A stretch of 64,000 bases of DNA, taken from NCBI GenBank assembly GCA_965215505.1, contig OZ244065.1:6080001-6144000 (forward strand), read 5' to 3'. How positions within the stretch are numbered: position 1 is the first letter of the stretch; every line of letters starts with the position of its first letter. Both the position numbers and the translations under genes were made by a program. This DNA is from Capsulimonadaceae bacterium (GTDB lineage: Bacteria > Armatimonadota > Armatimonadia > Armatimonadales > Capsulimonadaceae). Positions 1 to 8,014 of the stretch are shown here, one piece after another. The notes beneath the pieces are model-generated. The model worked only from the letters and a program-made list of their open reading frames with translations, did no database searches and was not told where the DNA came from.

Positions 1-1
1 C

Positions 2-439
2 GCCGAATTGGTCGCCGAGTCCATCCCGCACCTGGCCGAGAACGGCGTCTACAACATCTTCGCGGGCGTCGCCAAAGGCGTCACCGCCGACCTCGACCTA
101 GGGACGATCCTGGCGAAGAACCAAAGGCTCATCGGCACGTCGGGGTCGAGCATCGCCGACCTGCGGCATACTCTAAAACTGGTCGAGTCCGACGACCTCT
201 CCACCAACGCCAGCCTCGCCGCCATCGGCGGCTTGGGTGCCTTCCGGGACGGACTGGCCGCCGTCAAGAGCGGCAAGTACCCCGGCAAAACAGTCATCTT
301 CCCGCACATCGCAGACCTCCCGCTGCTGTCCGTCGAGGACCTGAGAGTGCAGATGCCGAACGTCTACGCCAAACTCCAGGACGGCGCGTTCTGGACGCAG
401 GAAGCCGAAGACGAACTGCTGCGGGAAAAGTTAGGATAA
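2..439 (+). CDS. C-terminal part of a zinc-binding (MDR) sugar dehydrogenase, sorbose-1-phosphate reductase-like; 5' end lies outside the window
   Basis: Frame is open from the window edge. The NIFAG...LIGTSGS...IGGL...PGKTVIFP pattern is typical of this MDR subfamily. Lies 4 bp upstream of the srlD-like gene. Confidence 0.7.
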   Translation, partial: AELVAESIPHLAENGVYNIFAGVAKGVTADLDLGTILAKNQRLIGTSGSSIADLRHTLKLVESDDLSTNASLAAIGGLGAFRDGLAAVKSGKYPGKTVIFPHIADLPLLSVEDLRVQMPNVYAKLQDGAFWTQEAEDELLREKLG

Positions 440-443
440 CCCC

Positions 444-1229
444 ATGCGCCTGGAAAACAGATCCGCTATCGTCACCGGCGCGGCACAAGGGCTGGGCGAA
501 GCCCTCGCCCGCCGCCTGGCCATGGAAGGCTGCGACGTCCTGCTGGCCGACATCAAACTGGACAAAGCGCGGGCCGCCGCCGATGCCATCGAGCGCGACA
601 CGGGCCGCCGCACCGGCGCGACCCAGACCAACGTCGCCAGCGAGTCCGACGTGCAGGCGATGGTGGACGAGGCCGTCCGCGCCTTCGGCAAATTAGACAT
701 TCTGGTCGCCAATGCGGGCATCCTCCGCGCCCACGACATCACTGAGATGCCCCTGAGCGAGTGGCAGGCCGTCCTGGACATCAACCTGACCGGCTACTTC
801 CTCTGCGCCCAGGCCGCCGCGCGGGCCATGATCCCGCACAAGCGCGGGGCCATCGTCCAGATCAACTCCAAGTCCGGCAAGAAAGGCTCCTTCCGGAACA
901 GCGCCTACGCCGCCTCCAAGTTCGCCGGCATCGGCCTGACCCAGAGCATCGCCCTGGACCTCGCGCCCCACAAGATCCGCGTCAACGCCGTCTGCCCCGG
1001 CAACCTGCTCGACGGCACGCTCTGGCAGGCCTCCCTCTTCGAGCAGTATTCCAAGACGCAGGGCCTCACCCCCGACGAGGTGCGCGCCAAGTACGAGTCC
1101 CAGGTCCCCCTGGGGCGCGGCTGCACCTACGAGGATGTTGCAAACGCCGTCGTCTTCCTTGCCTCCGACGAGTCCTCCTACATGACCGGCCAGGCCATTA
1201 ACGTGACGGGTGGCCAGGAAATGAGGTAG
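444..1229 (+). CDS. srlD: Sorbitol-6-phosphate 2-dehydrogenase (SDR family)
   Basis: TGAAQGLG, INSKSGKKGSFRNSAYAASKF, CPGNLLD, VPLGRGCTYEDV and GQAINVTGGQEM match the SrlD subfamily. Confidence 0.85.
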   Translation: MRLENRSAIVTGAAQGLGEALARRLAMEGCDVLLADIKLDKARAAADAIERDTGRRTGATQTNVASESDVQAMVDEAVRAFGKLDILVANAGILRAHDITEMPLSEWQAVLDINLTGYFLCAQAAARAMIPHKRGAIVQINSKSGKKGSFRNSAYAASKFAGIGLTQSIALDLAPHKIRVNAVCPGNLLDGTLWQASLFEQYSKTQGLTPDEVRAKYESQVPLGRGCTYEDVANAVVFLASDESSYMTGQAINVTGGQEMR

Positions 1230-1231
1230 AA

Positions 1232-1729
1232 TTGCCTTTCCTGACCCGCCTCGCCATAGCCGAGCCGTTCGAGACGTGGCCCGGCATGGAACAGGCGGCG
1301 ACGCAGCGGTTCTGGGACTCGCTCGCCCTGGCGACGGCTGAGGCCGGACACGAGGCTGCCGCGATCTATCTGCTGGGGTACGTCGCGGAGATGCTCCTGA
1401 AGACCGCCTACTTCAGAGTCACAGGCGTTCCCTCCAGCCAGGACATCGCACCGCATCTGACGGCGGCCCGGCGGAATGCTTCTTGGCGTGGTGGCAACCT
1501 GCACGATCTGCGAAGCTGGTTTGCTCTGCTGAACGACGCCCGTTCCTTCCAGGGCAACCCGTGGAGCATCGTGACCGCGGCTACCATAGAACGCCACGTT
1601 CTGACCGTGGCCTCCCATTGGCGCGAGTCTTTGCGCTATACCTCGCTCATGGCGGCTGACGCTGAATTGGAAGAAGTCCACGCAAGCGTGGATTGGCTTC
1701 TTGTCAACTACGACGTACTTTGGAAATGA
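1232..1729 (+). CDS. HEPN-domain protein (putative toxin)
   Basis: YLLGYVAEMLLK...HDLRSW...WRESLRY fits the HEPN pattern (GYxxExxLK, HDL, RY). TTG start is uncertain. GC is lower than in the flanks. Confidence 0.65.
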   Translation: MPFLTRLAIAEPFETWPGMEQAATQRFWDSLALATAEAGHEAAAIYLLGYVAEMLLKTAYFRVTGVPSSQDIAPHLTAARRNASWRGGNLHDLRSWFALLNDARSFQGNPWSIVTAATIERHVLTVASHWRESLRYTSLMAADAELEEVHASVDWLLVNYDVLWK

Positions 1730-1732
1730 ACT

Positions 1733-2068
1733 ATGCCCTACAAAAAAATCATCCCAGTCAGGCCGGTCATTGACCCTTCCTTGGTGAACGACATCGCGGA
1801 AGAACTGCGTTTGCAGCAGCCCGAGGGTTCGCCGGATGCGCCACTCATTATCGAGGAAGAGGCCCGCTATACTGATCGCATCCACGTCACCGTCATTTGG
1901 GATCGTTGGTCTCAGATCGGTCCAGAAGAGCGGAGCCGCATCATTCTACAGGCCTATGAAACGGTGCGTGGCCCAGGGACCTTCTTGAATCTCACCAGCG
2001 CCCTCGGCCTCACCCATGCCGAGGCGAAGAAGCTAGGTGTCGAGAACGGCGTCCTAAGCGTTGCCTAA
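1733..2068 (+). CDS. Small partner of the HEPN protein; BolA-like or degenerate MNT-like fold (putative antitoxin)
   Basis: Starts 3 bp after the HEPN stop. HVTVIWDRWSQIGPEERSRIILQAY...LGLTHAEA resembles the BolA/MNT C-terminal pattern, with no GS or DxD motif. Confidence 0.5.
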   Translation: MPYKKIIPVRPVIDPSLVNDIAEELRLQQPEGSPDAPLIIEEEARYTDRIHVTVIWDRWSQIGPEERSRIILQAYETVRGPGTFLNLTSALGLTHAEAKKLGVENGVLSVA

Positions 2069-2093
2069 CGCCGCCACGAAAAGGAAAACAACC

Positions 2094-2690
2094 ATGCCGA
2101 ATCCATTTACCACCCGCCTCGCCGCCGCCCTCTCCCTGCTGACAGTCGCCGCGTCCCTGCCGCCCGCCGTTCGCGCCGCGCCCCCCAAGCCGGCCGGCGT
2201 CCTGAGCTACACCGTCCAGGACATTGACGGCAAGAGCGTCCCACTGTCGCGCTACAAGGGCAAGGTGCTGATGATCGTCAACACCGCCTCCCTCTGCGGC
2301 AACACGCCCCAGTACGCCTCGCTGGAGAAGCTGAACCAGAAGTACAAAGCCTCGGGCCTCCGCATCCTCGCTTTCCCCGCCAACGACTTCGGCCAGCAGG
2401 AGCCGGGCACGAACGGCGAGATCCGCCAGTTCTGCACGGCCAAGTACAACGCCACCTTCGACCTCTTCAGCAAGATCTCCGTCAAGGCCCCGAACCAGGC
2501 CCCGCTCTACACCTTCCTGACCAGCAAGGAGACCGACCCCAAGTTCGGCGGCGACATCGAATGGAACTTCGCCAAGTTCCTCGTGGACCGGAAAGGCCAG
2601 GTCGTCGGCCGCTTCCAGGCCGGCCACGACCCCCTCTCGCCGGACGTGGTGACGGCGCTGGAGACGGAACTGAAAAAGCCCGCGCGTTAG
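2094..2690 (+). CDS. Exported glutathione peroxidase (Cys type)
   Basis: NTASLCGNTPQY, FPANDFGQQEPG and WNFAKFLVDR motifs. N-terminal signal peptide. AAGGA SD before ATG at 2094. Confidence 0.92.
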   Translation: MPNPFTTRLAAALSLLTVAASLPPAVRAAPPKPAGVLSYTVQDIDGKSVPLSRYKGKVLMIVNTASLCGNTPQYASLEKLNQKYKASGLRILAFPANDFGQQEPGTNGEIRQFCTAKYNATFDLFSKISVKAPNQAPLYTFLTSKETDPKFGGDIEWNFAKFLVDRKGQVVGRFQAGHDPLSPDVVTALETELKKPAR

Positions 2691-2699
2691 TCCTGTTTC

Positions 2700-3842
2700 T
2701 TGCGGAGCAACAAGATGCCGCCCGCCAACAAAGCCGCCGCCATGCTGGAAGTCGCTCTGCGGCTGGGGCAGCCGGGTCAATACGACCGGCAGCGGCAAAT
2801 TCAGCTGGAAGGCGACTACCGCACCCTGTCGCTGGACGAGGCCCGTGAACTCGGGGGGCTTGCCGTTTCGCTACTGGACTCGGATGCTGATAAGGCCCAA
2901 GACATCGCGCAAGACATTTTTGTCAGCCTCGCCTGCCTTGTCCCTGGCGCCCTTAATGGCTTACACCAAGACCTTGTGGCGCGAGAAATCTTCTATCCTG
3001 CCGAGATCTATCGTGGTGCGGATGCTGAAAGTAGAGATGCGCTGATCCAGCGTACCGTGTGGGATGAAGCTAACCTGAATCACCTTCTGATGGCTCTTGC
3101 GTGGATCGGTGACGCTGCCGTCCAACAGCAGTTCAGTCGATGGCGTGACTCGCCTCCGTCATGGCGGGACAAACTTCATGTCCCGCCGGAGGCATACGCG
3201 CAGGAAGCTGGCTGGGTCTTGACGGCGGAGGGAGGCCGACGTGACCTATTCTTCCCGACCTGTTACGCCCTCGTCCGGCTGCCGGAGACGGAGAGTGCGC
3301 CTGCTGACAACCCTGTGACGGTTGTTGCGGTTTACCCGAAACTATGCCGGTGGTGCGGATGGGAGATGACCACACTTTTTGACTTCGCCCTTGGCTCATC
3401 CCGGCTTGATTTTCTTGGCCTTCAGGGCGAGCGACTCCGGGTGGTAATGTGTGACCGTTGTAGTCTGTACGCGGCTACTTACATGGACCTAGACACAAAT
3501 GGCGAGTCGTCCTGGGCGGAAGCAGATGTTGAACCAGACTTCTTAGGAGGAAAACGCGATGTTTACCGCCGTCTGCCAGTAAATCGCATGACATTGGGCG
3601 TGAAGAGGCGAAGCCCTTACGAGGCGAATTGGCGGGTCACTGAACAGGGCCACTCACAGGTCGGCGGACACCCTGCCTGGGTGCAGGATGCTGAGTACCC
3701 TGAGTGTCCGGGCTGCGCGGAGCTTATGACCTTCATTGCCCAGTTGCTGACTGATGATCTCCATGACTCCTGGGAAGGCACGGCCTATGCTTTCCTTTGC
3801 GCTCCCTGTGGAAAGACTACTACGGTCTATCAGCAGACTTGA
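2700..3842 (+). CDS. DUF1963/YwqG-like protein with Cys pairs
   Basis: C-terminal SQVGGHPAWVQDAEYPECPGC...MTFIAQL...CAPC...YQQT. Several CxxC motifs. Start uncertain (2700, 2715 or 2742). Confidence 0.65.
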   Translation: MRSNKMPPANKAAAMLEVALRLGQPGQYDRQRQIQLEGDYRTLSLDEARELGGLAVSLLDSDADKAQDIAQDIFVSLACLVPGALNGLHQDLVAREIFYPAEIYRGADAESRDALIQRTVWDEANLNHLLMALAWIGDAAVQQQFSRWRDSPPSWRDKLHVPPEAYAQEAGWVLTAEGGRRDLFFPTCYALVRLPETESAPADNPVTVVAVYPKLCRWCGWEMTTLFDFALGSSRLDFLGLQGERLRVVMCDRCSLYAATYMDLDTNGESSWAEADVEPDFLGGKRDVYRRLPVNRMTLGVKRRSPYEANWRVTEQGHSQVGGHPAWVQDAEYPECPGCAELMTFIAQLLTDDLHDSWEGTAYAFLCAPCGKTTTVYQQT

Positions 3843-3850
3843 GAACTCCC

Positions 3851-4210
3851 ATGAACGAAGAAACACTTCTTGACCTCGTCCACGCCCGCGTCCGCCTCAT
3901 CCCGCCCGGCCGGGTCATGTCCTACGGGCAGGTGGGGGACGAAGTGGGCTGCTCGGCGAGGGAGGCAGGGTGGGCGATGAACCAGGCGGTGGATGGCGGG
4001 GACGTTCCCTGGCAGCGCGTGGTGGGGGCCAATGGGAACCTGCCCATCGGCAAGCGGTCGCCGTTTCTGGCGCAGCGGCAGCGGGAACTGCTGGAAGCGG
4101 AGGGCGTGGCGTTCAAGGAGAACGGGAACGTGGACATGGCGAAGCATCAAGCGGGCGTCATCGGCAAACCGACGCCCGCCCCCGCCGATACGTTGGACCT
4201 GGGCCTGTGA
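3851..4210 (+). CDS. Alkyltransferase-like (ATL/YbaZ, MGMT family) DNA-binding protein
   Basis: IPPGRVMSYGQV...VPWQRVV (Trp in place of the catalytic Cys)...QRELLEAEGV. Confidence 0.88.
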   Translation: MNEETLLDLVHARVRLIPPGRVMSYGQVGDEVGCSAREAGWAMNQAVDGGDVPWQRVVGANGNLPIGKRSPFLAQRQRELLEAEGVAFKENGNVDMAKHQAGVIGKPTPAPADTLDLGL

Positions 4211-4238
4211 GCGCCGGCAAATCGGGTACAACCTCCCC

Positions 4239-4889
4239 ATGAAGATTCACGACATCACGCTGACGACTTCCCCCCGGACATTGACCTGGGAGGGGACGGA
4301 GCAGGGCTTTTCGGTCAAATGGGCCGAAAAGCTGGGGCACGGGGGCGCATCCTGCAACCTGTCCGTGTTCACGGAAGGGACGCACACGGGGACACACCTG
4401 GACGCCCCCCTGCATTTCGTTCCGGGGGGCGCGACCGTCGAGGCTCTGGACGTCAACGTCCTGGTGGGGCCTGCCCTCGTGGTGGAGGTCTATGGGCGGG
4501 ACCGGATCACGGCGGCGGACTTGATACAGGCGGGGATCGCGCCGGGAACCACGCGCCTCCTGTTCAAGACGGACAACACGCGGCTCGGGCGGCTGCGTGA
4601 CGGGGTGTTCCACAAGAACTACGTCGGCATCGCGCCGAGCGGGGCGGAGTGGCTGGTGACATTTGGCGTCCGGCTGGTTGGCGTGGACTACCTTTCGGTG
4701 GGTCCTTACGGCGCGGCCAATGTCGAGACGCACCGCATCCTGCTCGGCGCGGGCGTCGTGGTCGTGGAAACACTGGTGCTGGACGACGTGAAGGCGGGCG
4801 CGTACACGCTGATCGCCCTGCCGCCAAAGTTCGCCGGTTTGGAGGGCAGCCCGTGCCGCTGCCTGTTGATTGAGGGGAAAATGGAATGA
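4239..4889 (+). CDS. Cyclase family protein (kynurenine formamidase KynB-like)
   Basis: HTGTHLDAPLH metal motif, GVDYLSV, HRILL, EGSPCRC. Confidence 0.88.
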   Translation: MKIHDITLTTSPRTLTWEGTEQGFSVKWAEKLGHGGASCNLSVFTEGTHTGTHLDAPLHFVPGGATVEALDVNVLVGPALVVEVYGRDRITAADLIQAGIAPGTTRLLFKTDNTRLGRLRDGVFHKNYVGIAPSGAEWLVTFGVRLVGVDYLSVGPYGAANVETHRILLGAGVVVVETLVLDDVKAGAYTLIALPPKFAGLEGSPCRCLLIEGKME

Positions 4890-5305
4890 CACAAGGGATT
4901 GAGACGGATGCTCTGAAGTATGTGGCGTCGCCGGACATCCACATGCGCGAGATAGACTTGGACCATTTGGAGAACATCGAGGAGAACCGGGAGTCCATCG
5001 AGTTCAGTGTGCGGCTCTCGGGCCGACCCACCGACGCCTGGGTGCAGGAGTTCGACCAGGCCTACTTGCAGACGCCCTACACCCTGAAGCCGCCGGTCCA
5101 CGTCCACGGCGACACCCTGCGGATCGTCTATCTGCCGCGCTACGCCAGCGAACTGCAAGGCTTCTTCCGGTTCCTGGGCCTCATCGTGGACCGCTCCAAC
5201 AAGGAGACGCACCGGACCGAGGAGCTGCACACGTCGAGCGCCCAGGAGCGCCACAAGGCCGAGTTCCGCGAGGCGTTGCGCCGGATCGAGCTGCCGAAGG
5301 GGTGA
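4886..5305 (+). CDS. Hypothetical protein
   Basis: ATGA overlap with the cyclase gene, host-like codon usage, globular-looking sequence. Confidence 0.7.
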   Translation: MTQGIETDALKYVASPDIHMREIDLDHLENIEENRESIEFSVRLSGRPTDAWVQEFDQAYLQTPYTLKPPVHVHGDTLRIVYLPRYASELQGFFRFLGLIVDRSNKETHRTEELHTSSAQERHKAEFREALRRIELPKG

Positions 5306-5352
5306 CAAAGCCCTCAAGACAGGCAAGTCAAGAAGGCAATGGGGAGTCAGGG

Positions 5353-5409
5353 GGGCGGGGGAACCCCGCCCCTACGCGATCACCGTGTAGGGGCGAGGTC
5401 CCCTCGCCC
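5353..5409. repeat. GTAG-type REP doublet (REPIN-like)
   Basis: GGGCGGGGGAACCCCGCCCCTAC, an 11-nt spacer, then GTAGGGGCGAGGTCCCCTCGCCC. Lies between convergent genes. Confidence 0.85.
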
Positions 5410-5449
5410 TCTTCCTGTCCACCTCTTTGCTTCCGCCTTCCGGCGCGGC

Positions 5450-7039
5450 TCAGTACCCCTTCACCAGCCGGTTGAAGTTGTCGCGGTCCACCGCCCGCGT
5501 CGCCGCCTCCTCGAACGACACCTGGCCGCCCCGGTGGAGGTCGGCGAGGACGCGGTCCATCGCCTGCATCCCGTACTGGTGGCCGGTCTCAATGACCGAG
5601 TAGATCTGGTAGCTCTTGCCCTCCCGGATCAGGTTCCGCAGGGCGCTCGTCGCCACCATGATCTCGATGGCGGAGACGCGCCCGCCGCCGATGCGCGGGA
5701 GGAGCTGCTGGGAGACGACGGCCTCGATGCTGGTGGAGAGCTGGACGCGGACCTGCTCCTGCTGGTGGGCGGGGAAGACGTCAATGATGCGGTCTATGGT
5801 CGCCGGGGCCGAGCGCGTGTGCAGGGTGGCGAAGACCAGGTGGCCCGTCTCGGCCAGCGTGATGGCGGCGGCGATGGTTTCCAGGTCGCGCATCTCGCCG
5901 ACGAGGATGACGTCCGGGTCTTCGCGCAGGGACGCGCGCAGGGCGTTCGTGAACGAGTCCGTGTCGGTGCCGAGTTCCCGCTGGTTGACCATGCTCTTCT
6001 TGTGCGAGTGCAGATACTCGATGGGGTCCTCGATGGTCAGGATGTGCGCCTCGCGCTCGGTATTGATGATATCTATCAGGGAGGCGATGGTGGTGGACTT
6101 GCCCGAGCCGGTCGGGCCGGTCACGAGGATCAGGCCGGAGTGCTTCTGGGTGAAAGACCGCAGGACGGCGGGCAGCTTGAGCTGCTCCATGCTGGGGACG
6201 ACGTTTGGGATGACGCGCATGGCGCAGCCGACGGACGACCGCTGCCGGTAGACGTTGAACCGGAAACGGCCCACACTTTTGACGCCGTAGGAGAAGTCCA
6301 GTTCGTGGGTGCGCTCGAACTTCTCGATCTGCGAGTTGTTCAGCACGTCGAAGACGATCCGCTGCGTGTCCCGGTCCTGCATCGTCTCGAAGGGCAGCTT
6401 GACCAGCTTGCCGTCCTTGCGGACCATCGGCGGCAGGCCCACCGACAGGTGCAGGTCGGAGGCGCCCGACTGGACGGTCAGGCGCAGCAACTCGTCGATG
6501 TGCGTGTCGGCGAGGTCCTGCGTGTCGCCGCTAACGACCGCCCGCGCCGCCGTCTCCTCGAAGCCCGCGCTCGCCAGCTCCCCGCTCATGAAGTCCTTGG
6601 TGGAGAGCGTCGTCTGTACGCCGGAGGCGTCGCCCAGCGTCCCCAGGCCGCCCAGCATGTTCAGGGCGGCGGGCGACTCGTCATCCGAGGCCGCCCCGGC
6701 CACCGTGAACGTCTTCATTTGCAGCCCCGCCGGCCTGCCGCTCATGCCGCCGCCCGCCTTCGCGGCCTGCTGTTCCCGCTTTTTGTCCTCCTTGACGAAG
6801 GGCAGCGGGGTCTCGCCCAGTGCCTTGGCTTTCGCCTCGGCCTCCTCCGCCTCGGCGCGGGCCGACAGCAGCAGGTCCACGCTGTCGAAGGTGTCCGCCA
6901 CGCGGGCGGCGAAGTCGCCGAAGTCTTCCTCGGGCGGCGTGTAGGCCGCCGGGGCGCTCTTCCCGCCGCCCTTCCCGTTGCTCGTGCCGGTGCCGTTGCC
7001 GGTGTTGAGCGGCAGGAGGTCTTCACTGTTGACGATCAT
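5450..7039 (-). CDS. pilT: Type IV pilus retraction ATPase PilT with a long N-terminal extension
   Basis: ASDLHL, GPTGSGKSTT, TIEDPIEY, LREDPDVILVGEMRD, ETGHLVFATLH, ALRNLIRE. Confidence 0.93.
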   Translation of the reverse strand: MIVNSEDLLPLNTGNGTGTSNGKGGGKSAPAAYTPPEEDFGDFAARVADTFDSVDLLLSARAEAEEAEAKAKALGETPLPFVKEDKKREQQAAKAGGGMSGRPAGLQMKTFTVAGAASDDESPAALNMLGGLGTLGDASGVQTTLSTKDFMSGELASAGFEETAARAVVSGDTQDLADTHIDELLRLTVQSGASDLHLSVGLPPMVRKDGKLVKLPFETMQDRDTQRIVFDVLNNSQIEKFERTHELDFSYGVKSVGRFRFNVYRQRSSVGCAMRVIPNVVPSMEQLKLPAVLRSFTQKHSGLILVTGPTGSGKSTTIASLIDIINTEREAHILTIEDPIEYLHSHKKSMVNQRELGTDTDSFTNALRASLREDPDVILVGEMRDLETIAAAITLAETGHLVFATLHTRSAPATIDRIIDVFPAHQQEQVRVQLSTSIEAVVSQQLLPRIGGGRVSAIEIMVATSALRNLIREGKSYQIYSVIETGHQYGMQAMDRVLADLHRGGQVSFEEAATRAVDRDNFNRLVKGY

Positions 7040-7059
7040 AAAGCCGTGTCTCCGTTAAA

Positions 7060-8007
7060 TCAGAACGTCAGCGCGCTCAGGCCCTTGTCGATCTCCACCC
7101 GGCAGGCCCGAGTCATCGCGTGCAGGCCGTCCTCGCTGACCCGCAGCGGGAACATCGCTTCCCGGCAGGACTCGTGCAGGGCGGACTGGGCCGCCGCCTC
7201 GTCGGGGTGAGGCCCGCCTTCCAGGAAATGGGCGACCTCGTTCGCCAGGCAGACCGTCGCCGTCAGCTTCGGGTTCATCTCGGCGGCGCGCGGCGTGTGG
7301 TGGAAGCCGATGGCCTCGCACAGCATGGGGGGCAGGTTCCAGCGGGTCGCGAGGGCCGCGCCGATCTGCCCGTGGCTGAAGGCGAGCACCTCGGACTCGA
7401 TGCGCGAGTAGCGGACGCCGTTCGTCGCGGCGATCTTCGTGATGGCGACGAACAGGGCGTGCCGGCTCTGGTCCAGGGCCATCTTTCCGACGTCGTGCAG
7501 CAGGCCGCAGGTGTACGCCTGGTCCGCGCCGACCGCCTCCTGGGTGGGAGGCGGCAGCAGGCCCACGATGACGCGCGCGCACTGCGCCGTGTCAACCGAA
7601 TGCCGCCACAGGCTGCGCCGGGCCAGCGCGGGCGTGTCCGAGCGGCCCAGGAACATGTTGAAGGTGGTGATGGTCATCGCCAGGTTCCGCAGCGTCTTGA
7701 AGCCGAGGAAGACGACCGCCTCGCGCAGCGTCGAGACGCGGCGCGGCAGCCCGTAATAGGACGAGTTGGCCAGCGTCAAGATCTTCACCGCCAGCGCCTG
7801 GTCCAGCGCGATGATCCTCTCCAGGTCCTGGGCCGTCGCCTTCGGGTCGTTGGTCAGGTCCATGACCCGCATCACGATCTGGGGCAGTGCGGCGAGGTCT
7901 TTCGCGCCGTCCAGTATCTTCTCCAGGCTGTCCAGGGGGTTCAGGCAGACATTCGGCGCGGTGCCGGGCGTGCTGCCGGGCGGGGGGGCGGTGTTGGTCA
8001 TGGTCAT
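7060..8007 (-). CDS. HDOD domain protein
   Basis: LPQIV...DQALAVKILTLANSSYYG...AVVFLG...WRHS...GLLHDVGK...HGQIGA...WNLP...HH. Confidence 0.9.
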   Translation of the reverse strand: MTMTNTAPPPGSTPGTAPNVCLNPLDSLEKILDGAKDLAALPQIVMRVMDLTNDPKATAQDLERIIALDQALAVKILTLANSSYYGLPRRVSTLREAVVFLGFKTLRNLAMTITTFNMFLGRSDTPALARRSLWRHSVDTAQCARVIVGLLPPPTQEAVGADQAYTCGLLHDVGKMALDQSRHALFVAITKIAATNGVRYSRIESEVLAFSHGQIGAALATRWNLPPMLCEAIGFHHTPRAAEMNPKLTATVCLANEVAHFLEGGPHPDEAAAQSALHESCREAMFPLRVSEDGLHAMTRACRVEIDKGLSALTF

Positions 8008-8014
8008 AAGATGG

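Noticed and set aside
2094-2690. Selenocysteine glutathione peroxidase
   Set aside because: The active-site codon is TGC (Cys).
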